The notes: generated by a model not told the origin, from the sequence alone. A DNA stretch of 64,000 bases from Azolla caroliniana (GCA_043228905.1 JBHGNT010000065.1:62001-126000), one strand, 5' to 3'. Counted from the stretch's first letter, positions 23,710 to 35,664 are shown. Numbers and translations are program-made.

Positions 23710-24459
23710 GTGCGCCGTGCGAGGCTCGTTTTCTTTCCGGAAGAATACCCTTCTACAACCAACATAGATGTTTGACTTGGAAGTATATACGGCGGGCCAA
23801 TACAACATCTTGGGCTAATAATCCATCGAGTTCGCGAGCAGTTAGTCGGAAAGGGGCGAAGCCGGGCAAAGCGGTTTCCCCGGTCCCCGAAGGAAGGACG
23901 GCTTAGCCCTCCTCGGTGGTGTCTCTCAGCTGATGCGAGAAAGGTTAGATTGACTCACTTGGTACGTACCTACTGCCTGAGTAAGGGCTACGTATCCCGA
24001 ACAGAATACGTCAGTATGTGTGTGGCGGAGTAATCCAGGGCCCAGTTTGGGCGAAAGCCTTGACTTCCACATGAAGCGGTCAAGGTTGCCGGACAGCCAG
24101 CCACAAGTAATTCCAGCATAGGAACTGACTTAAACAATCGAGCAGGTGCGCAAAGACCTGTAACCATTGGGTGCTCTGACGGGGCGAAGCAGGGAAGTGC
24201 GTAGCGCTTACTCCGTCCTCGAAAGGCAAAGACACGAAAAGAGAGCAACCACGGGAAGTAACCGCTTCGCATTGTCTAGTAAACGATGCGCGGTCTCAGA
24301 GGTCGCATAGTAGCGAGGGAGGAATGCCAGAAACCTGGCCGAGCCGCGAAGGCAACTAGTCAGAACAAACCTTAGTTCAACGCGGCCAGTACGTATGCGG
24401 CCGGCCGGCGTTGAGAATAAGGAACAATTCTTCGAAACGGAAGGGACGGCAATACTCTC

Positions 24460-24496
<37 letters not shown>

Positions 24497-24574
24497 TTAA
24501 GGTGTTCCGAGTGAGAGCTGTATGACAAAAGATTGCCACGTACGGTTTGGAGGGCAGCATTGACTGACCCCTAT
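23710..24574 (+). other. Group II intron nad1i258 (cis)
   Basis: 5' GTGCG; domain V GAGCTGTATGACAAAAGATTGCCACGTACGGTTT; 3' CCTAT. Confidence 0.9.
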
Positions 24575-24710
24575 TTAAGTTTGGTTGCTCGGGCTGTTAC
24601 ACTTTCTGATTATGGTATGGTATTGTCGGATCCAAATGTAGGTACATTCTATCTATTTGCTATATCTTCTCCAGGGGTTTATGGGATTATTACAGTGGGT
24701 CGGTCTAGTA
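24575..24710 (+). CDS. nad1: nad1 exon 2
   Basis: [35 protein letters not shown]; 136 nt, cumulative 394. Confidence 0.93.
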
Positions 24711-26226
24711 GGGCGGCCGTTCAGTCACCTGTGGTACTAAAGCAGCCAGCCCGGCCCGCCCATGTGGTCAAATTGTTTGTAGTGTGGAATGATCTGCTCT
24801 ATACAGGGTGTAGGGCTCTTCGACAGAACTAGTAATAGGCTTGACTCGCGATTTGAAGGGTAGGGGGGGTTCTTGTGTAGGAGGCTAAAAGGGGATAGGG
24901 ATACGTTCAAAGAAGTTCAGGAAGAAAGGAAGAGCATGCCGTAAAAGCATGGTTGAAGGTCGATCCTGTCTTCCCAGGGAGTACCTAACAACACCATGTG
25001 GAAGAACCAACCTTGTGGATCAGGATGAGGTGCCGTCCTAGCGAATTGAAGTCTCCTTGGGTAGCCAACGACCTACAGTTATCCTTGTACCTCTGTGCCG
25101 AGCGAACGACTGTACGCTGTCTTGTTTTCTGCCAGCTGGGATTGCTTGCCGGCCAGATCGGATTGGAGCAACCATTGCATGAAGGCACATTACCCATCCT
25201 CTTGGGGACAAGAGACTGAACGACATCCCGATTTACTGCATTCCAGGACATCTGGGATGAGAGCCGTAGGTGATACCGGCGAAACCCAGCCAGATTTTGT
25301 TCTGGCAGGTAGTCAGAGGACTCATAGTACCCGCCCCGAAAGGGGCCCCTCACGCACGCACGGGGAAGACGCTAGTTTTCAGGGAAGAGGAAAGTCTTTA
25401 TTTCTTTTTCCACGTTGTTTTCTTCTAGCAGCAGGAAAGGAGTCTGGATGTCTGCCTAGCTTCGGCAGATTCTACTCAACGCAATCTGCAAACTCGAATC
25501 CCCGAAACCTGACTCAATGCGGAATAGAATTGATCGTCGTTTGGTGGATCTCCAGCAAGCAGTTTTAACTAAAAGAACAGGACATACCACAAAATTCAGA
25601 GAGAGAACACGAAGCGATCGATCTGCTTACCGAGGGCTAAGGCTAGACCGCAGGACCTGGATTTATGACGTCCGGCCCGCTCCTCTCGAGTCCTGCCTGC
25701 TGGGAACGAACCACGAGGACGACCGCCAAGAACGGGCGTACTCGAGGGGGGCCAGAACCAAGCCCAAACGGGACGGAAGGGTACGGAGCGAGGTATTATA
25801 AAGCATTGCTTTATGGCGGCCGAAGAAAAGAAAAGAAAAGAAAAGAAGCGGTTTTCATCATCATGCATGAAGGCGCGCGCGCGCGCCGGTTCATCATGAA
25901 GGCGCTGAGTCAGAATTTTCCACTCCGCTAAACTAAAGAGGACGACAGAGAAGCAGGAGACGACGAACCCCTGCAACTACGTCGGACCTCTCGGAGTGAA
26001 AAAGAAAGCCAGATGGTGGTAGACTATCACGTACGGCTTTGCCCTCCCCGCCAACCACGTGTCAATGTGCCTCTACGGAAGGAACATCGACGGGCGGGTT
26101 TCCCGGGCGATCTAAAGCAAGTTGTTGGGGTAGAGAGCCGTATGCGCGGCGACGTGCTCGTATGGTTCGGAGAGGACTCAGCGTACACTGATCCTGTTGA
26201 TTGGTGGAAAAGCAGCTTCACTCCTT
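24711..26226 (+). other. Group II intron nad1i394 (cis)
   Basis: 5' GGGCGGCCGTTC; domain V GAGCCGTATGCGCGGCGACGTGCTCGTATGGTTC near 26135. Confidence 0.88.
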
Positions 26227-26560
26227 ATTCCAAATATGCTTTTTCAGGAGTATCATGATTTGCCGTCTAAATGGTTTTGTACGAAGTATCTATTGGTCCT
26301 ATTATCATTACTGCACTAATTTGTGTAGGTTTTTGTAATTTTAGTGAGATTGTCATAGCGTAAGAGCAGATATGGTTTCGCATTCTCTTGTTCTCCGTAT
26401 TGATTCTGTTTTCTATCTTTCGCTCAGTAGAAACTAATCGAGCTCCGTCTGATCTACTAGAAGTAGAAGTTGAATCAGTCGTGGGCTATAATGCGGAATA
26501 TCTTTTAATGGGATTTGCTCCCTCTCTTTCGGGAGAATATGCTAATACGATCTTAATGAG
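26227..26560 (+). CDS. nad1: nad1 exon 3 (no i477 or i669 introns)
   Basis: SKYAF.G...YEVSIG...[19 protein letters not shown]...GEYANTILM; 334 nt, cumulative 728. Confidence 0.93.
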
Positions 26561-28018
26561 GTGCGGAGCCTTGCATCCGACATTCGTTGGGCTTCCGCTC
26601 CCTGCAGGAGCCAGCGTCCCCTCAAGGGCTTTGTGCAGTAAACTCCTCCGGGCGACGATCTGAAGACTAGTAGGTCCCGCGAAGCTTTCGAAGAGGGGTA
26701 GCCTGGTGTGTAAGCACAGCAATGAACCGCGAACCCGTCGGACGACCTATCTAAGATTAGGAGGATATCTCAGGTGGTTATCCCGCAACTCTTCCCCAGA
26801 CCTATACTATCGAATGCTCATATGGGAAAGTGCGCTCTTAGGTCTGGAACCAGGGAGGGTTGCTCCGAGAAATCCCTTCTCGTTTCCTCCAGGGGGTGCG
26901 GACACACTTGCACGGATTACAGGTGACGGCTACAAAGATGGCGGGGAAGGAAACAGTACCCGACATCCAGGGATGAATGTAAACTCATTGGACAGGGGTA
27001 ATCATTCTGGTCCTGGGAGAGAAGACTCACCAACAACAGTGGTAGACACTAGTCTGAAAGGCTAGCAAAACAGAATCACCGAGACAACGGCAGCCCCATG
27101 TACTCCTGTTGCGGACGAGAGACTGCTTGCTTGCTTGCTTGCTACTGGCGTCCCATGAGCAAATTGAGTCTGAACCAGGCGACTTAACCCCCAGCGAAGA
27201 GGGATTTCTGCTGAAAACTTGTTCGTTACGTTACGTTAAAGGGGATCTTTTTGGAATGGTCGGAGAAAGACTCGCTGCGCCTCTTGTCAGGCGCCTTGCT
27301 CGAGCCCGCGGGAGAAGTGATGGTACTGTTTATTTCCAAAAATTCGTTCTCGGAGTCAGAAGGTAAAGCACCGTATCTCACAGCTCCCTACTAACGCTCC
27401 GCTATCAATTCCAAGTTAGAGGAGGGAGGAGTACCCTGGTCTGGTAGCCAACCCACTTTAATGCTATCGCATTCTCTCTGCTGGGTTAAAACCTAAAGAA
27501 AGTGTGCTTATCAGCAGCAAGCACAAACCCGGTTGGTTGTTTTCAGCTGCCCTTTCTGTAGGTTGAGTGGCTTCAATCTCTCCCCCCGGCAGGCAGGCAG
27601 GCAGGCAGGCAGGAACTTTCTCGCTCGGCCTTTGACCACCTACCTCTCATTGTTCTCCTGGGGACTCACTCACTTTAGAGATTTTTCTCCGTCTATGCGG
27701 GCTCTAAGCCGATGAACCGGTTCATCATGAAGGCCTTCATGATGAAAAAGGGGTTGGCGGGTTTGATGAACCGCCTTGTAGGCCAGCCTGAACTGTAAGT
27801 CGATCCCACTCTGCTGCTGCTGTGCCAACCACCACCGAGACATCCATGCGAGAGAGAGATCGGATTCGAAGACCTAAACGTTGCATTGGTTGGAGAAGAG
27901 GAAACTCAATATTCCCGGGACGGAGCCGTATGACGCGAGAGTGTCACGTACGGTTCTTTGAGAAGGGTGTGGATACACCTATTGGGCTAAGGGCCACAGA
28001 GCCGCGCCCTCACTCTCC
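26561..28018 (+). other. Group II intron nad1i728 (cis, no intact matR)
   Basis: 5' GTGCGGAGCC; domain V GAGCCGTATGACGCGAGAGTGTCACGTACGGTTC near 27923; only 1458 nt long. Confidence 0.9.
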
Positions 28019-28280
28019 TAGTCTATGTACACCGCCTTTCCCGGGAGGTTGGCCATCCATTTTAGATCTTCCTAGTTTCCAGGGAATTCCGGGCTCAATC
28101 TGGTTTGGCACAAAGGTTATTTTCTTTCCGTTCGTATATATATGGGTTTGCGCAGCATTTCTATGACATTGTTATGATTAACCAATGAGACTTGGACGGA
28201 AAGTCTTCCCGCCTTTATCATTAGCTCGGGTAGTTTCTGTATTCGGCGTTCCAGTAGCCTTTGACTGGCTACCTCAATGA
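28019..28280 (+). CDS. nad1: nad1 exon 4
   Basis: SLCT..FPGGWP.ILDLP...IPGSIWF..KV...YIWV.AAF.*..YD*.M.LGRKVF.PLSLA...FDWLP, then CAA TGA. Confidence 0.93.
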
Positions 28281-28739
28281 ATTGAGCATACTGTGATGTT
28301 GAACGTCATAATTAATGGGGTTCTGGTCGGAAGAAAACGGCGTCCAGACCCCTCTCACGCACGCCCGCCGATGGAAATTTCGTAAACAGAATGCCGCCTT
28401 GCGATCGTCCGATCGATGCTTCTTCGAGGGTGAGAGCACCGACCGGGAAAATAAAAGGAGGAAAGAACCGATACCCCAGCTACTACGGCGCGCGCCTCCC
28501 AGATCACAACAATATCTTCTTCTTTTGCTAGGCTTACGGCAGACGCCCTCGGCATAATCGCAATGGACGGCCCTAGGTACGGTAGTGGCGAGTCCAGGTT
28601 GCTTGACCTAAACGATTTACCGCCAACCGAAAGGTAATCGTTCGGTTATGTCAAGGGGTGAGTGCTGTGTCAAGCGGGCGGATGCATGATGAACGCTTTT
28701 CGGGGCCGCACGCAGAAGGAAAAACACAGATTGCGAAAT

Positions 28740-29120
28740 ACGCCTACCATAAATTAATTGCTTCGTCATTGTAGAAGGGCAAAACGTCACAAAACATGTA
28801 CTTGAGCTTCGAATTAATGTCTCTAAAAGTTTGGGGTACGCCCGCGTGTTTCGACAAGAACACTAAAAAAACCTAATCTGGCTTTATGCAAGATAGCCAA
28901 GGCACGTTCAAGCAATTGAAGGAATATCATTGCTCACATCTTTGGCGAGGGTTATAATTCATAGGAGCATCCTGCGGTTACGGCTAGAGGAGGTAGAGTG
29001 AAAGATTCGTTAGGTGTGAATTATCATCGTATTCGAGGAGTTAAAGATTCGTAGGGAATCCCGGATTGAAGATGAGGCAGACTAAAACATGGTACAGAGA
29101 AACCTAAGAATTCGATACGA
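28740..29120 (+). CDS. rps12: Ribosomal protein S12 (ACG start, CGA-to-UGA stop, 9 in-frame stops needing U-to-C editing)
   Basis: PTIN*LLRH...RVSTRT.KKPN.AL.KIAK.R.SN...GEG.N.*EH....RGGRVKD..GV.YH.IRGVKD; 126 codons. Confidence 0.92.
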
Positions 29121-29809
29121 ATAAAAAGGTCAAATCAGGGAATGGTTGCTTTTCTCGCTCATCGCCTTCAGACCGGTTTAATTTTTCGGGAAGACTTTCA
29201 GAATGACCGGCGGAAACTTTTGGAACGGAAAGCCATCCGCTTCGATCCCATTGCAAATATTTCTGCGCCCATCTAGCAGGGCTTTTGTCACCCAGACCCA
29301 AGGGAGGCCGTGAAGGAAGCACATACAGCTGCTCGGAGAGATTAAGCTACATCTGGGGAGTGGATAATAAACAAAAAAGATTAATCAAGAAATTAGTCCA
29401 CTTTTGTATGATTGATGGTAAAAGAACAAAATCTCGTGTTATTGTTTCCTAAACTTCTTCTCGTCTTTCCTGAACTGAACCCGATGTTCATGTTATCACA
29501 CTCCTGGCTAACGCCATAGAGAATGTCAAGCCTACTCGCGAAATCAAGAAAGTGAGAATCGCAGGGACTACTCGTAATGTACTCAAGATTATTGCCAAAG
29601 AACGTTAAGAAACCTTAGCTTTTCGTCGGATCATGGAAGCAGCTGTCAAATGACGTACTATGAGCAGAAATAGCCAGAGCTTGGATTAATGTTCATCTGC
29701 TGAGATACCGGATGCTTATCAAAGAAAGGGAAATGTTCGTAAAAGAAGGGATGATCTTCATAAACCGGCAGAGGCCAATAGAAGTTTCGCGCATTATAGG
29801 TGGCGGTGA
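29117..29809 (+). CDS. rps7: Ribosomal protein S7 (ACG start inferred, long N-terminal form)
   Basis: [26 protein letters not shown]...[18 protein letters not shown]...[20 protein letters not shown]; 230 codons. Confidence 0.9.
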
Positions 29810-31214
29810 ACCATTGAAAACATGTAATGAGCTGGGGTCAAGAGCTGTTAGACACTTTAGCAGCACACACCCTACATCGCAGAATCGAGTAATTGGTAAT
29901 CCATCGTTCGAATGCTTAATGATTCTAATATTGACAATGAGACCTGCCAAAAAAAAAGAAAGCGAGAATTCGATTCTGGTGTGAATTTGGTGCTACGTGA
30001 ATTTAATGAAGAAAGTTCGCACTCCCTTCCCTACTGATAATTGGGGGCATCTGAGCCCGCCCCTCGGACATGGGGGCACAAAAGCAGCACAAAAAGCACT
30101 ATACCCTCCCTGTCTAACTTGTTAAAAAACAACGGAGTAAGTCTTTGCCGGCATTGTTAAGTCATTGGAAAAAGACACCTAACAACAATGAAGATTCGTT
30201 TCCAGAGAGTTTATTCACCGTTGCTCCTGGAGAATACTCTGCAAACAACAAACCGTGCGTGCCCTTTCAAGGTTAATCTCAACGATGAAGCGGCTAGCTC
30301 GACTCCATCGATCCTGTGTACAATGTCTCAGATTACAGGCCTTCGCTGTGGCGGAACTTGATGACCTGGACTGCGAAGAGCCCTATAGTGACGGCGATAG
30401 CGAAGCAGAGGTTGAAGAATTTCTTTTGCCTGCTTCTAACTTTATTATCAAGAATAATGTTCTGGCGGTCAGCGTTAGATAAATCTCATAAGAAATATAT
30501 TCAAATAGGAATTTGTACGTTCAAACCGTGCGTGTGCCAATTGCTCGAAGAAGCAAAGGTTAAGCTTGAAGCCGAAGAAAAGAGAGGTAAGGAAAGATTA
30601 ATGATAAGCGATGGATTGGGCCAAACAAATTCGGCGGATTTCTTGAGAAGGAAGGAATACTTGCAAAAAATGATCGAACAATTTGTTGACGAGAGATCAA
30701 TCTATAATAACTCGCTGGACCTTTTTGATTGATAAGCTGACCAACAAAAGGCAAACCAACATGCAGGATAGGTTTATTGCGCACTTCAAGAAAGATAAAG
30801 AACTAATAGACATTTTAACGTCCTTCGATGTATATACGATTGAAATACTTACGATATTTTAGAATCTTTATTGTTAGATTGTTTATTAATAGGGATTGCC
30901 TCTTTTCCAGAGTCTAAATTATTATTATTAAAATCTTTACCGTCAGATTGTTTATCAACAGAGATTGACCCAGACTCAGATTTTCTTGAGTCTGAATTAA
31001 TCGAAAAACAAAATAGCCACGGCCTTTACCATTAAACTTACATTATAACACTTTTTTTTCAATTTCAATATCTCATTTTCTAATGCTATTGTATGACAGC
31101 AGAAAAATTGCGGTATAAATGAAAATATTATTAATACAAAGAAAACCTTGTTTTCTTCTTTGATCAAACAAACTCATATCTTTAAATAATAAACGAATTC
31201 TAGTTTGAATAGAA

Positions 31215-31410
31215 TCTAAAGCTACTTTTGCTTTCATTCACCAAAAGCAGCTGCTTTGGTTGCGTTGGTTGTTAACCATTTTAAGAGAGTGTATAAGGAC
31301 CTACCACTCTATACGGCGGTGTACGATTGCTTCATATCAAACTACAAAGTATCTTCACTATTACCAGATCTATATAAATCAACCCTGTTCGGGTCTTTAG
31401 GTTGTCCGAT
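31215..31410 (+). pseudogene. Fragment of a linear-plasmid-type single-subunit RNA polymerase
   Basis: ATFA-FIHQK..ALVV...PLYTAVYDCFI resembles the NFIHQKDA...IYTVHDxF motif C region. Confidence 0.6.
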
Positions 31411-31788
31411 GGCAACCAAAGCGTCTTTCTATTGTTCCCCGAACCATTCGAACTCTTTTACCAGATTCTTGGCAGTCCCTTTCCCAAAGAAAGTTGGGAA
31501 GTGCAGTCTCTGCAGGCAGGCAGTTAGCCCCTCGGGTCGTTCAGTCTCGAAGGTATGGTTCGGGCTTCGTTCGTTTCTTGTGACCAGATTCATTGGTTCG
31601 AGGCTACGTACGTTGGATCGGGTTCGGGCCCTAAAATATGTGATTGGGTAATTACGATGGCTCGTATACACGTTCGAGGATCACTCTCCAGGCGACGGAG
31701 GACTGCTTAGTGATTGAAGGGAGAGAAGAAACCCATTTGATTTCTCACTAGAGGCCTAATGATTGCATAACTCTGAGGTTCCAACTGC

Positions 31789-31874
31789 TACGGATAGAGG
31801 GATTTGAACCCCCACGACTGAGTAAGGTCACCAGAACCTAAACCTGGCATGTCTACCAATTCCATCATATCCGC
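31789..31874 (-). tRNA. trnL: tRNA-Leu(UAG)
   Basis: Reverse complement GCGGATATGATGGAATTGGTAGACATGCCAGGTTTAGGTTCTGG...GGGGGTTCAAATCCCTCTATCCGTA. Confidence 0.92.
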
Positions 31875-32001
31875 ACATCGATTCTTATTTCGAAACCACC
31901 CTTTTTCACTGCTAACTGGATAGAGCTAAGAACGCCAATGGCTCGGATGGCGTAGCAATTAGAGGAAACTGAAACACCACCCCGTATTTTTCGATTCTCC
32001 C

Positions 32002-32033
<32 letters not shown>

Positions 32034-32179
32034 ACGCGCGACTTGCTCAATGGAGCCCGCTTACGACGATCCCTTTTAACCTCTCAGGCTCTTATAGAAG
32101 GCTTATAGAATGCCTATATGCTTTCCAAATCAAGTTAGGGTGATGGGAAAGTGGGAATGCTAACTTATGACCATACTCA

Positions 32180-32266
32180 CGGATGGAGAGGGATTCGAAC
32201 CCCCGGTATCTCTCCGAATACTTCGGTTTTCAAGACCGACTCTTTAAACCGCTCAGACATCCATCC
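32180..32266 (-). tRNA. trnS: tRNA-Ser(UGA)
   Basis: Reverse complement GGATGGATGTCTGAGCGGTTTAAAGAGTCGGTCTTGAAAACCGAAG...GGGGGTTCGAATCCCTCTCCATCCG. Confidence 0.95.
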
Positions 32267-32484
32267 CTTTCCCGACAAGATCACGAGCCATCAATAATCA
32301 ACGGGAAAGCGTGCCAAGCTTTCAGGTCTTTGTAAATCGCACGCAACGCCTTCAGAAAACAAATAGGTTGTACCGCAGGGCCTCCTCTTTGGCCCCTCCG
32401 ACCAGAAAGGTTAAGCGTGGTAATTGATCATTCTATTTTAGATTGATAGGAACTAAGGCGTCCTAATAACCAAGTTTACAACCA

Positions 32485-32557
32485 TGGGCAATAACGGACT
32501 CGAACCGCTGACTCCCTCGGTGTAAACGAGGCGCTCTACCAACTGAGCTAATTACCC
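32485..32557 (-). tRNA. trnV: tRNA-Val(UAC)
   Basis: Reverse complement GGGTAATTAGCTCAGTTGGTAGAGCGCCTCGTTTACACCGAGGGAGTCAGCGGTTCGAGTCCGTTATTGCCCA. Confidence 0.95.
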
Positions 32558-33587
32558 GGAGTGCCGGCGATACTTCGGAGTCTCGCCGGCTCTGTTTTCT
32601 GTAGGTCACATAGAAATTTATCCATTCTTTCTACGGCCACGTCAATCCGCTTCTTTTCTTGTTGGGCCGCGCCGCAATTGTCTAGCTTCTGCTACCAACT
32701 CCCCCATCGGGCCGTCTGACTTTACCGTAGCCGATAAGTAGCGTTAATCGTCTTCATCGCGCTGATGAAGCAGCGGGTTCATCCACCACCTTGGTTCTTC
32801 CCCGCAAGCAACTTCCGCCGTATTATCCATAGCTGTTCATCAAGAAGGCCTAGAGTTAGTTTTCCGATAAGATTCAAGCTACAATTTCAAACAGCACCTT
32901 TTCTTCATGAAGCGCAAGAAAACTGCACTGCGGAAGAAGAAGAAGCGGTAAAAAGTGTAATATAAATGGCTACCAAAGTTCTTCTTTTGAACTTTCAAGA
33001 AGGCCTGAATATTCATGGATTATTATACGATAATCTTTAATGCGGCTCAGATTGCGGAAAGAATTGAATGCTGGAATTTCGAAATTCCGTTGGTAAAATT
33101 CAGAAGGATCATGCAAGAAGGCAATATCATCTTCTGGCCATAATCTGCGAATCCAGCAAAGCAAAGCAAAGCAGCACTTTTCTTTTCACTTTAAACCGAG
33201 CCGGCGGCAATCTTGATGAATCACTGGCAAGAAGATGCTTTGCACTTTTCTTTCCACTTTAAAGCAGCAATCTTTGAACTCGGAAATGGCACTTTTCCCT
33301 GCAAGCCTGAAACGCACGCCTTCCCCAAAAGAAAAGCGGAACCACCTAACGAGTATTTTAAACAGCAAGCATGATGAACCGGCATGTTCATCAAACCAAA
33401 CAGGTTCTTCATGCATGCATGAAGGCCTTCATGATGATGAAAACCGCTTCATTGGAATGTCACCGTCTCATTGACAACACGAATGATAACGAATTGACAA
33501 TATGAATAGTCACGTTAGTTTCCCATTCTTAAGCATGGATTATTATACAATAATCTTCATTTGCTTTTTTACTGTTGACAACATGTA

Positions 33588-33661
33588 GTGCGGGGGCAGG
33601 GTTTGAACCCGCAGTCTTCAGGTCATGAGCCTGACGAGTTGGCCATTTACTCCACCCCGCA
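33588..33661 (-). tRNA. trnfM: tRNA-fMet(CAU), copy 2
   Basis: Identical to 10654-10727. Confidence 0.92.
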
Positions 33662-34026
33662 AGCAAGCAAGCAATTGATCTCTCTCTAGCGAATCGGAAT
33701 TTATTTTAGAAAAAAAGAAGCCGGCCAACTCCTATTCAATCTACTTGTGCGGGGGAATGTTTGCTTGCCCGCAGACCCAACTCCACGTGTTATTGATCGC
33801 ATTTCCCGCTGTCCGTCCAAATGAACTTGCACTACTGGTTATTAAAGCAGCATTGATGTTACCTTAAAAGCAGCAAGCGCGCAAGAAAAGAAAAGAAAAG
33901 AAGCAAAAACTAGCACTCCCTTACCGGCTAGGTCTCTCCCGGCAGGCCACTGCCGCATTCCCAAAAAGCAATGTATGGGTTTCTTCCATCACGTCACTGT
34001 CGCATCGCTCGTGCTTCGCACTCGCT

Positions 34027-34114
34027 CGGAGGAAATGGGATTCGAACCCATGATACAAGAAGATTGTATGTTGATTTAGCAAACCAATGCCTTAAGCCGC
34101 TCAGCCATACCTCC
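34027..34114 (-). tRNA. trnS: tRNA-Ser(GCU)
   Basis: Reverse complement GGAGGTATGGCTGAGCGGCTTAAGGCATTGGTTTGCTAAATCAACATACAA...CATGGGTTCGAATCCCATTTCCTCCG. Confidence 0.94.
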
Positions 34115-34152
34115 GGTTGGGATGGGGGATTCATCAAGCCCCCATCCCGAAG

Positions 34153-34183
<31 letters not shown>

Positions 34184-34363
34184 CTACTTGGGCCAGCATG
34201 CACCTATTCTTTCTTTCTTTATCCCGACCGCTCGTCGGTTTACAATGAACTGATTTCGGATTCGGAGGGCTTCCGAGCCGCCTCGGCGGTTAGTACTAAA
34301 AGATCTGGGCGGCGTTAGTCGCCAAGGACTGGCAAAATTACAAAAGGATCTGGGCGGCATTAG

Positions 34364-34918
34364 TCGCCAAGGACTGGCCAAATCAGAATAGCAAAATTCT
34401 TGAACCATCTCCATCAGTTCAGGAACCACACATTTCTCCAGATCATCGTGACGTACTTCCACGTATCCACTTAAGAGGAAGTCTTTTCATAATAAATGAC
34501 CCTCGAAACCGTAATCGGTTAATGTACGGCGTAAATCAGGATAATTAGGAGAATGTAAACCAGACGTATCCCGCACTTCTCGCTCCCACCGGCCGGCTGA
34601 TAGGGATATACTGATTACCAAACTTGCAGAAGTGATTTCATCTACACCAATTCGTACACGAATGCATGGGTTATATCAAATGCTTGGTGAGTTATAGACT
34701 ACTCCGAATCTTCATTTTTGAGAAGGATAATCAACTCCGCGAGTATCGATCGGAATTCCAAGACGTATATTGATATGATACCTCGAAAACCACAGGAATT
34801 AAAATGGATAGTCCGGAGTGGCGCATAATATGCTTTCTTCCTTCGATGTTCAAAATCTATGTATCCGTTTGAAAACCGATAGAACAGTAGCAAATTATTT
34901 AAGTGGACTGCAAGCCAT
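34364..34918 (-). CDS. nad9: NADH dehydrogenase subunit 9 (stop uncertain: editable CGA at 34364-34366, otherwise read-through to 34184)
   Basis: GVDYPSQK*RFGVVYN...SAGRWEREV.D..G....PDLRRTLTDYGFEGH.L*KDF.LSGYVEVR.DD.EK.VV.E..EM.QEF.Y.D.ASPW. Confidence 0.92.
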
Positions 34919-35577
34919 GATAAAGTTCAGGCAGGGTTTCATAAAAATCGTAGTGAGCATTGATTCTTTATAATCATGGCTGTTTAATCGGAGGGCTGAA
35001 ACCTTAAGCGAAACCGCGTCGAGGCCGGTCATGAGATTCCGCCGTATCCCGGCAGCCTTATCATCAATTAAGGATCCCTACCCAAAGATTCTATATGCTT
35101 TTCGTTAGGGTTCCTTGATGGGCGGCTTTGGAATGCGTGCTGGCAACCGCTTCATCCGCGCCAAAGCGAAAAGGTTCTGGGGCCGTGGTGGGTTCGATTG
35201 ATGGGCCAATCTTCTCAACTAGTTTTGTGCATATGAAGCAAACTTCTCATTCACAACGTTGGAAGATCGCATACCCGAGTACGGCGGCTGGGGGGGTTTG
35301 CTCTAAAGCCATTCCTACACCAAAAGAAAGGAGCAAGCCAAGGTTCTCATCACGGGCATCCCAGGGATTGTTATTATACGATAATCCTTGCATCACTCGT
35401 GCGAATCGCAAAGCCACCGTTTCCGGATGAATCATGCCTGAACGAGCCAGTCAATAGGGCGGGTGAAAGTATTGAAGAATCGTGAATTCATTTACCAAAT
35501 TAATTGTCGACTTGCTGCTGAAGGCGGCGGCTTTAGGTTTTTTTTTCGATCAAATCGTGGATGGGGTATTCATGGCA

Positions 35578-35664
35578 AGGAAGGGGAGGGATTCGAACCC
35601 TCGGTAAACAAGAGTCTACATAGCATTTCCAGTGCTACACTTTAAACCGCTCGGCCACCCTTCC
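35578..35664 (-). tRNA. trnS: tRNA-Ser(GGA), plastid-derived type
   Basis: Reverse complement GGAAGGGTGGCCGAGCGGTTTAAAGTGTAGCACTGGAAATGCTATGTAGACTCTTGTTTACCGAGGGTTCGAATCCCTCCCCTTCCT resembles chloroplast trnS(GGA). Confidence 0.85.

Larger units (their letters stand above)
23530..33722. repeat. Large inverted repeat D, copy 1 (at least 10.2 kb); partner 53808-64000 and probably beyond
   Basis: All ORFs mirrored with coordinate sum 87530. Confidence 0.96.

Noticed and set aside
28740-29809. Calling stop-containing genes pseudogenes
   Set aside because: Stops fall only at Gln/Arg-type codons, frames are intact and lengths are canonical, as expected for U-to-C editing
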